Made by a program: the position numbers and the translations under genes. From a virus (taxonomy: Duplodnaviria > Caudoviricetes): a stretch of 34,188 bases of DNA. The DNA lies in the IMG/VR virus record IMGVR_UViG_3300033516_000033, positions 1-34,188 of that record. The stretch is one strand, 5' to 3'. Below, piece after piece: positions 8,665-15,944 of this stretch. Position 1 is the first letter of the stretch, and each line of letters opens with the position of its first letter. The notes under the pieces are model-generated. The model worked only from the letters and a program-made list of their open reading frames with translations. It was not told the DNA's origin and searched no databases.

Positions 8665-11090
8665 TGCCTAAAGTAGTCGTAAACGATGCTTCTTTTGAAG
8701 GTAAAACAGATCCAACACAATATTCTAACGAAGATGGTGTTATATATGTTAAATCATCATACGATACCAAGGAAGATCCTGAAGGTTGGATGGTTCATGA
8801 ATATAAGCATAGCGAAATGAGAAATGTTCCCGATGACGGAAAAGAATACCCTACAAACAATATAGAATCAGAGGCATATAAAGCACAATTTAAGTTTCTT
8901 GCGGGTAGAGGTAAGACCTTACAAGATATTCAAGACCCTAAACAGTTTCCTACATTAGCACCTAAATTCACGAAATATAATGGAGAATATGCACCAATAC
9001 TTATAAAATATTGGAACGAAGTAAACGGTAAAGACACAACCGATAGTGAGTTATACGAATTGGATACGAGCGTAGACGATCAAATAAAAGCGATTAAAGA
9101 TAAGTACGGTGCTGTACCAAAAGATGGATATTTCAAGGCTAAATTAGCATCATTAGAAAAACAAAGAGGATCTTACACCACGCAATCCCCCGATAAAGCC
9201 CATTCAGTTTCTCCTAGTGCCCCACCACCTATTAGCTCCAATGATATGGAGATAGGACTAGCAGTATATGGGAATGGTGGTTATAAGATAATCAAGGGTA
9301 ATGATAATGCCGATATTATGACTTTACTGAAGTTAATAAATCCTATGGGTATCATATCCAGGGGATCTAGTTTTAGTCCTATAGTTAAAAGTAACGACAA
9401 GGGAATAGGAGTAACTGTTCCCATACACGGAGAAGGCGCTGGCGGTGCTGTTCCGTTTGTTAGTTTAGTTGTATACGGCAATAATAACAAATCCATACTG
9501 AAGCAAGCGGCTGATAGTATCATAAGTAGTAAAATAGTCCAGGGCAATCCAATCTATGGGCTAAATAAGATATCTAATTTACTTGAGTTTGTAACGTATA
9601 ACAGTGAAAACTTTTCATACGAGAAGCAAGTAAGGAGCAATATAATGGAATCATTACACAATGATCTTAAAAATATATTCTTTGAAAGGAATATGTCATT
9701 AAATGAAAGTAGTGGTATATCATCAAGTGAATTGAAGCAGAATTTTCCTGAATGGGGCACAAAGAAATCTAAAAGCGGCGGTCATGGTACTCAGAGAAGT
9801 AACACGGTAAGCACATATAATAAAGTTATCGAGTGGCTAAACGGAAAGTTTTCTAATTTACATGGGAAAAAGATACTTGATTTGAGTGCTGGTATGGGAG
9901 TCGGTACTGGGGTATTAAAAAGCACGGGTGCCGATGTTGAATCTTCTGAGCCATTTCCACCTAGTGGATTTACACCAAATTATGGATTTTCTAACGATGT
10001 CACAGGTAACAGCTATGACATAGTTATTAACTCGGTTGTTTTAAATGTAGTACCAATAGACATAAGAACACAAATAGTTAATGACATAGGTCGAGCATTG
10101 AAAGACGGCGGCGTTGCAGTTATTACTGCAAGATCATACGCAGATGTTATGAGTGCAGCTACAAACCCACAAAACACTGTTATTAATAAAGATGCTGGTG
10201 AAGTATACATAAAAGGTTCTGCCGATTTCCAAAAAGGCTTCAAAAACGGTGAATTATATGCTTATGTTAGCGGCATATTGGGTAGCGGGTTTACAATACT
10301 AGATAAAAGAAAAGCTAGGTTAGGTGTATCGCCAGAAGCTGTCGTAGTATACAAAGGGAAAGAGCCGTCAACAGAACCAAAACCAGAACCAGAACAAAAA
10401 CAATCCATCCCAGATTCGTTAGGTACAAGTGTTCCAACGCAGACAAGCATATTTGAGTCACTTCGCAATGACCTACGTCAAATATTTACAGAAGGGATGG
10501 TAAAAGTTCCAGTTGACGAAATTCGTGCATGGGTTGATACACATATTGAAGAATTTAAGGCTAAACTTAGTGAGACTTTAGCTCAAGGCTATAATACTGA
10601 TATCGAAGATTACCTTATTATTGAAAATCCATATAACAATGAAAAAATAGAATTTGTAATAGCAATTCAAAAATCTATGTTGAAATGGAAGGGTAGTAAC
10701 TTAATCTTCCTTGTCGATGCAAACACAAATACAATTACCATAAATGCGACAAGATTTATCGCTAATTACAAGAACAATATTAAAGATGGTCTGATTAGCG
10801 GATTGGTACATGAATTAACACACGCAATTGACCCAGGTTATAGTAAAAAGGATGATACTGGTGATAATTATGATGACTATGTTAATTCAGATAAAGAATA
10901 CGTAGCATATAATAGAGAGTTTATTGATAGAATAAAGCATATGCCACCAGCTAACCAAGAAAAGATCCTTGATAGAATACGTAAAGGTAAACCATTAGGG
11001 GTCAAAGAGATAGATGACTACTATTCATCACTTACACCAGAAAACAAGACTAAGTTTATAAATCAACTATATAAAGAATTACACGGATGA
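8664..11090 (+). CDS. Multidomain protein: HExxH zincin-like domain, unknown domain, class I SAM methyltransferase, second HExxH zincin-like domain
   Basis: HEYKH (8796-8810) with a downstream ESEAY; KILDLSAGMGVG, YDIVINSVVLNVV and FQKGF; HELTH (10809-10823) with a downstream EYVAY. Start at ATG 8664 (TAATG overlap with the gp14 stop). Confidence 0.7.
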   Translation: MPKVVVNDASFEGKTDPTQYSNEDGVIYVKSSYDTKEDPEGWMVHEYKHSEMRNVPDDGKEYPTNNIESEAYKAQFKFLAGRGKTLQDIQDPKQFPTLAPKFTKYNGEYAPILIKYWNEVNGKDTTDSELYELDTSVDDQIKAIKDKYGAVPKDGYFKAKLASLEKQRGSYTTQSPDKAHSVSPSAPPPISSNDMEIGLAVYGNGGYKIIKGNDNADIMTLLKLINPMGIISRGSSFSPIVKSNDKGIGVTVPIHGEGAGGAVPFVSLVVYGNNNKSILKQAADSIISSKIVQGNPIYGLNKISNLLEFVTYNSENFSYEKQVRSNIMESLHNDLKNIFFERNMSLNESSGISSSELKQNFPEWGTKKSKSGGHGTQRSNTVSTYNKVIEWLNGKFSNLHGKKILDLSAGMGVGTGVLKSTGADVESSEPFPPSGFTPNYGFSNDVTGNSYDIVINSVVLNVVPIDIRTQIVNDIGRALKDGGVAVITARSYADVMSAATNPQNTVINKDAGEVYIKGSADFQKGFKNGELYAYVSGILGSGFTILDKRKARLGVSPEAVVVYKGKEPSTEPKPEPEQKQSIPDSLGTSVPTQTSIFESLRNDLRQIFTEGMVKVPVDEIRAWVDTHIEEFKAKLSETLAQGYNTDIEDYLIIENPYNNEKIEFVIAIQKSMLKWKGSNLIFLVDANTNTITINATRFIANYKNNIKDGLISGLVHELTHAIDPGYSKKDDTGDNYDDYVNSDKEYVAYNREFIDRIKHMPPANQEKILDRIRKGKPLGVKEIDDYYSSLTPENKTKFINQLYKELHG

Positions 11091-12280
11091 AGAACTATTA
11101 CTACGGTCATGTATATCACACTACGACCCTTTTATTTGCGTCTATTTTTGACGAAATGGAAGTCTGGGACTATGACGCAGACGGACATGCTACCGGTCGT
11201 ATCCCAGTTCCAGTTAAATTGACGTATAAAGAGAAAGTCATAAGTATGTTGCTCAAAGGCAACGCACAGAATCCAAATGTCATGAGGGACAATGAAAACA
11301 TTCTTCCAATGATTTCTATTCAATGGACAAATACAGCCCTTGATACTGAACGCATGCGTGGAATGCGAGAGAAGAGGTATGTTTATCTTGAGTATGCCAA
11401 CGATGGATCTGGTCGCGCCCAGCAAAAACAGCACATGGATATGCAAACAGTTCCATATAAGCTAACTTTTGAAGTTACGGCATGGGCAAAATATCTAGAC
11501 CACTTGGTTCAGATAGCAGAAAATATAGATACGTTCATACACCCAGAAATGTATCTTGAATACTACGAGAAAGGCATCGGCGTCGGTCGCAAGATCAGGG
11601 TTGTTAAATCTTCTGAATCCATGAACCTTAACCCCGATCTTCCAGATAACGAATTACGTTCAAAGTTTGTCACATGGAAATATACATTCGAAGTCGAATG
11701 CAATTTGTACAAACCAGAACTTCCTGTTGGAGTTCCTATCAAGAGAGTCGTTATCAGACACTCAGCAGTTACTACAAAGAATGGGGTTGCTGGTATCGAC
11801 ACCGCAGAGCAAACAGTAACTCAAACAGTCGATTCCGAATCTTCAGCAACATCAGGCGCTTCCGGCTGTTTCTATGACTATGATGCTAATATAGTAGATT
11901 ACATTAGAAAGTTCTCCGATGTTGAACAGTCTCAAATCGCCAGCCAATATTCACCTTTGATAGATTGTCAGACATCGCCAAGAGATATCGTAGCCCCGGC
12001 AGTTACACCGGTTCCTATTTTAGCCTTCGGGGAAGTTCCGTTGAGCGCAGGAGTAGATACCGTCATGGTATCAAGCCCACTTATTCTTGATTCGCCAGAA
12101 TACGTACCGTCAGTAAATATCAACGCCAAGAGTTCTATACCAACATTCTCTGTAGAAGGTATTTACAATATACAACCAGGAAGCTTCGTTGTTAAGTTCA
12201 CATCGGCTCCAGCCGACAATTCATTTTCGCTCATGTGGAATGCTGTACAGAAGTATAATTCGAATGAAAGTGATGTATAA
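11087..12280 (+). CDS. gp15: Tail terminator / sheath stabilizer (T4 gp15-like) with a C-terminal extension
   Basis: YYY...FASIFDEM, IPVPVKLTYKEK, LPMISI, and VPYKLTFEV...QIAENIDTF match gp15; ATGA overlap with the upstream gene. Confidence 0.85.
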   Translation: MKNYYYGHVYHTTTLLFASIFDEMEVWDYDADGHATGRIPVPVKLTYKEKVISMLLKGNAQNPNVMRDNENILPMISIQWTNTALDTERMRGMREKRYVYLEYANDGSGRAQQKQHMDMQTVPYKLTFEVTAWAKYLDHLVQIAENIDTFIHPEMYLEYYEKGIGVGRKIRVVKSSESMNLNPDLPDNELRSKFVTWKYTFEVECNLYKPELPVGVPIKRVVIRHSAVTTKNGVAGIDTAEQTVTQTVDSESSATSGASGCFYDYDANIVDYIRKFSDVEQSQIASQYSPLIDCQTSPRDIVAPAVTPVPILAFGEVPLSAGVDTVMVSSPLILDSPEYVPSVNINAKSSIPTFSVEGIYNIQPGSFVVKFTSAPADNSFSLMWNAVQKYNSNESDV

Positions 12281-12287
12281 TACCAGT

Positions 12288-12884
12288 ATGTCAAACAAAC
12301 CACCATCAACTAAGAACATCGAAAAGGCACTTGGGATAGCAGATGATATTTCCAAGATAGGTAACTTATCGTCCGATGAAGAAAAGAAGAAGCAGTTTGA
12401 GGAACGTCAGAAGAAGCTTAAAGAAATTCAAGAGCAGATGCAAAAGAAGCGCACTGGATATGAGGATGATAAAGCCTATATCAAGGACATGTACAAGGAA
12501 CTTGCAGAGACTGCCATGATCGGTGTACGCATCATGCAAGAAGAAGCTGGCATGACAGGCGACTATAAGAATGTCGAGTCACTCGCTGCCGCCGCCAATG
12601 CCGTTAAAGCCGCTCTTGATGGATTGAAGTCAGTTGAGATTGACGAAGAAAAGCTCCGCATTGAACGCGACAAGGTTGATATCCGTCGTGTCGCCGCAAA
12701 CTCAATTTTAAGTAAGACTCCATCAATAGGAGATGGAAATACTGTTAATAATACAATAGTTCACGTGGGAACCACTGGTGATCTTATTCGTGCCCTCAAA
12801 CAAGCAGAGAGAGAAGAACAAAAGATCGTAGAAACACAAGCAGAAATTATTGACCCTAAAGAGGATAAAGAAAAGGACGAGTAA
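12288..12884 (+). CDS. Terminase small subunit (gp16-like)
   Basis: Directly upstream of TerL. Helical protein with C-terminal NTVNNTIVHVGTTGDLIRAL resembling the gp16 'TNN..FVGST.EL' motif. Start placed at ATG 12288, after the gp15 stop. Confidence 0.72.
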   Translation: MSNKPPSTKNIEKALGIADDISKIGNLSSDEEKKKQFEERQKKLKEIQEQMQKKRTGYEDDKAYIKDMYKELAETAMIGVRIMQEEAGMTGDYKNVESLAAAANAVKAALDGLKSVEIDEEKLRIERDKVDIRRVAANSILSKTPSIGDGNTVNNTIVHVGTTGDLIRALKQAEREEQKIVETQAEIIDPKEDKEKDE

Positions 12885-13778
12885 ATGCCTGTTGGCTACG
12901 ATAAAATAAAGGGTCTAAAACGCCCAGGTTCTCAGACAGAATTTACACAAGAGCAGATGAAGGAATTCATGCGCTGTTCGCGTGATATAGTTTATTTTGC
13001 ACAGACATATTTTACAGTTATAGAAGAGAAGCGTGGTAAGCATATCATCAAGCTCTTCGACTACCAGATAGAAACCCTCCATGCATTCGTAGAGAATCGT
13101 TTCGTCGTTCTGAACTTTGGGCGTCAGTTAGGTAAGAGTACCTGTCTGTCGATTTACATCCTTTGGCTCGCTATGTTCGACGTTGATAAGACCATAGGTA
13201 TTCTTTCCAACAAGGAAGCATCTGCAAAGAGTCTTATGAAGGATATCAAGACAGCTTACCTTGAAATGCCAGATTTCCTTAAGCCAGGAGCCGAAAAGTG
13301 GGACCAGACTGTTATTGGATTTGACAACGGATCGGTCATAATGGGTGGCACAACCGCAGAAGATTCCTTCCGTGGTGAGTCGTTATCCCTTCTTGCACTT
13401 GACGAGTTCGCACACGTCCCACAAGAAATCGCTGACAGCTTCTTTACCTCCGCGTTCCCGACTGTTAGCACAGGTGGTCGTATGATAATGGTATCTACAC
13501 CTAATGGTTCCGTTGGAAGATTCTATGACGTATTCGTAAATGCTGGTAAGGTTGTTAACGGTACAGTAAATCCATTCAAGGCTATTAAAGTTCCTTGGAA
13601 TAAGCACCCTGATCGCAACGAGAAGTGGAAGGATGAAACACTTGCAATATTAGGTAAAATAAAATTTAACCAGGAACATGAATGCGTCCATATAAATACT
13701 AAAGTAAGAGTTCGTAATAAACAAGACGGTACTATAAAAGAACTTACTCTAGGAGAATTATATGATATGTGCAGATAA
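12885..13778 (+). CDS. gp17: Terminase large subunit, N-terminal ATPase half fused to a split-intein N fragment
   Basis: LFDYQ adenine-binding motif, Walker A GRQLGKST, Walker B LLALDEFAH, coupling motif STPNG; ends FNQEHE|CVHINTKV...ELTLGELYDMCR*. Confidence 0.95.
   Translation: MPVGYDKIKGLKRPGSQTEFTQEQMKEFMRCSRDIVYFAQTYFTVIEEKRGKHIIKLFDYQIETLHAFVENRFVVLNFGRQLGKSTCLSIYILWLAMFDVDKTIGILSNKEASAKSLMKDIKTAYLEMPDFLKPGAEKWDQTVIGFDNGSVIMGGTTAEDSFRGESLSLLALDEFAHVPQEIADSFFTSAFPTVSTGGRMIMVSTPNGSVGRFYDVFVNAGKVVNGTVNPFKAIKVPWNKHPDRNEKWKDETLAILGKIKFNQEHECVHINTKVRVRNKQDGTIKELTLGELYDMCR
13683..13775 (+). other. Split intein N fragment (IntN, 31 aa)
   Basis: Cys1-started block A CVHINTKVRVR at the conserved TerL QE(H/F)E/C site, followed by a stop after 31 aa. 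Confidence 0.9.
13691..13698 (+). promoter_or_regulatory. Late promoter TATAAATA embedded in the IntN coding sequence
   Basis: Exact consensus about 64 nt upstream of endonuclease ATG 13762, which has an AGGAG SD at 13751-13755. Confidence 0.6.
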
Positions 13779-14730
13779 TACAGTTTTTTGTAAAATATGC
13801 AATAAACAGACAAAATATACTTTAGATCATTTTGCAAGATATCACTTAAAAAAAGAACATAACATATCTGTTAAAGATTATTACGATAAATGTATAAGAA
13901 AAGATGTGGAAGGTATCTGTCCAGTCTGTGGTGAAGAGACTACATTAGTGAATATGGTAAAGGGATATAGTAGGTGCTGTTCATATGAATGTATGAGAAA
14001 CGACGAAGATTATCACAACAAAAGAAATAGTGGTATTTCCAAAATAGATTTTAAAGAAGCTCAAGAAAAAAGAGAAGTGACTAATATTGGAAAATACGGT
14101 GTAACTCATGTAAGTATGTTAGATAATATTAAAGATAAAGTCACAAATACATATATAGAAAGATACGGCAAACATAGTCTACAATTAGATCATGTCAAAG
14201 AATCAAGAAATAGCTCACTACACACCAGCGAGTGTAATACGAAAAGAGCAACGGGTATTAAAAATTCAGCAGAAGAAGCAAGTAAAGCTAGAAAAAATAC
14301 TATTTTGGAAAGATACGGTGTTGAGTATATTAGCCAAGTAAAAGAAGTGGTCATCAAGGCGACAAATACAAAACATCTTAAATATGGGTTTAGAACTAGT
14401 GAGGAATTTACTGAATTTGAGAAATACAAATCAAAGGTAAAAACAATAACAAAAAGGTTTAAACACGAAATTTTCTTAAACGAAAATTGTTATTATTCTG
14501 GTGTGTTATTACAGAACCTTAGAAGTGGTGATAGATCAAAAACAATAGACCATAAAATCTCAATTATTCATGGATTTCGTAACAATATATCACCAGAAGT
14601 TATAGGGGCTAAAGATAATCTTTGTTTAGCTGCTCGTAAAATTAACTTAATTAAGAACTACAGAACAGAGGAAGAATTCAGAAATAGTCCAGATTTTGAA
14701 AGGATAATTAATGAACTTAAACGACTATGA
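13762..14730 (+). mobile_element. Free-standing HNH homing endonuclease gene between the split-intein halves
   Basis: N-terminal Zn-finger motifs (CKIC...HLKKEH; CPVC...CCSYEC), (K/R)YG repeats, C-terminal CYYSG...TIDHKISI...NLCL...N HNH-like motif; visibly AT-rich; overlaps both terminase ORFs. Confidence 0.82.
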
Positions 14731-15034
14731 AATAGAAACACCACACGGCTGGTGTGATTTCTCCGGTGTCAGAAAAATAGCACAGCGCGAACTGTTCATT
14801 ATCACCTTAGAAAATGGTATGTCACTTAAGGCAACTGAAAATCACCGCCTATTCTCAAACGGTAAAGAGATATACTTGGGAGAGCTAAAAATAGGATCTT
14901 TTATAGACACTAAAAATGGTTATTATAAAGTAACTAGTGTATCAAGAGAAGCTGGTTTACATGATGTATTTGATGTAGTTGATATTAAAAATAAAGACTC
15001 AACATATTATACGGATGATATTATTTCTCATAAT
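14711..15034 (+). other. Split intein C fragment (IntC, 108 aa)
   Basis: YEIETPHGW, block B ATENH (TxxH), block F DVFDV, block G SHN followed by the +1 Cys at 15035. Confidence 0.92.
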
Positions 15035-15841
15035 TGTTCATTTTCTGGTTCATCAAATACACTTATAGATGGTAACGTTTTATCAGCTATTGAAACTCAC
15101 GATCCAACATGGGTTCCCGAAGAAGGCTTCTATGTTTGGAAACAGCCAACACCAAAGAGGCTTTATGCATTTGGTGTTGATGTTGCCAAGGGTGCGGGGA
15201 ATAACACAGATTATTCAGTTATTAACATATTCGACGTAACAGATTTTGCATCCACTGGAACATATGAACAAGTAGCTATATTCAGAAGAAATGATATGGT
15301 TCTATTCGACTTCATTGAGAAGATTTGGCAAATTGCCAAGATGTTCAATAACCCTATGATTGTTATTGAAAACAATACAACTGGTGATGTTATCTGTAAG
15401 GTTTTGTACAACGATAAGGAGTATGAGAACTTATATTTCGACTATGAGAAGGCTGAACACGGCGTCAATGCAAACATGAAAACAAAGCCAATGGCTCTTA
15501 ACTTCTTTAAAGACGATGTACAGTCAAAGAGAATGCATATTCACTCTAAAGATATGCTCACCGAATTGACGTATTATGAAGAGATAACTCCTGGGGTATT
15601 TAAGGCACGCCCTGGTGGAAATCTACACGATGATACCGTATCATCTGCGTATTGGGTATCCTATGCCCTGCGTTCACGATACTTTCAAGATGATTTCATG
15701 TGGTACGCAGGAAAAGCCATGGTAAATACTGAAGGTAAGCGACCAGAAACTGAGCAAGATGAAGAGATCCTACGTTCGTTCAATAAGTATGTCAAGCCAT
15801 TCAACGATAAAGATAGATTTAGAAGCGACTTGTCAAGATAA
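14711..15841 (+). CDS. gp17: Split-intein C fragment fused to the terminase large subunit C-terminal nuclease half
   Basis: 108 aa IntC ending IISHN|C, then CSFSGSSNTLIDG, RNase H-like FGVDVAKG..DYS, IENN and HDDTV motifs; AGGA SD. Confidence 0.95.
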   Translation: MNLNDYEIETPHGWCDFSGVRKIAQRELFIITLENGMSLKATENHRLFSNGKEIYLGELKIGSFIDTKNGYYKVTSVSREAGLHDVFDVVDIKNKDSTYYTDDIISHNCSFSGSSNTLIDGNVLSAIETHDPTWVPEEGFYVWKQPTPKRLYAFGVDVAKGAGNNTDYSVINIFDVTDFASTGTYEQVAIFRRNDMVLFDFIEKIWQIAKMFNNPMIVIENNTTGDVICKVLYNDKEYENLYFDYEKAEHGVNANMKTKPMALNFFKDDVQSKRMHIHSKDMLTELTYYEEITPGVFKARPGGNLHDDTVSSAYWVSYALRSRYFQDDFMWYAGKAMVNTEGKRPETEQDEEILRSFNKYVKPFNDKDRFRSDLSR

Positions 15842-15843
15842 TC

Positions 15844-15919
15844 TATAAATACTCACATGAAGCTTTCGACCGCATTCTATAAAAATTATAAAATGCAAAA
15901 CCTTAAATGCATATAAATA
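15844..15919 (+). promoter_or_regulatory. Two tandem late promoters (TATAAATA at 15844-15851 and 15912-15919) upstream of the tail sheath gene
   Basis: Two exact consensus copies in the intergenic gap, then an AGGAG SD. Confidence 0.8.
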
Positions 15920-15944
15920 TATTCAGACATAGGAGAATTCGCAT

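Noticed and set aside
12189-12287. ORF-track start for the small terminase at 12189
   Set aside because: It overlaps gp15 by about 90 nt from a non-ATG start; ATG 12288 just after the gp15 stop is more plausible.
13779-14710. Group I intron interrupting terL as an alternative to a split intein
   Set aside because: The interval is fully occupied by the endonuclease ORF, which overlaps both terminase ORFs. There is no room for a ribozyme core, and both downstream ORFs have their own SD and ATG.
15842-15944. Possible ncRNA or tRNA in one of the longest true intergenic gaps
   Set aside because: AT-rich with no cloverleaf or stable stems; explained by two late promoters and an SD.
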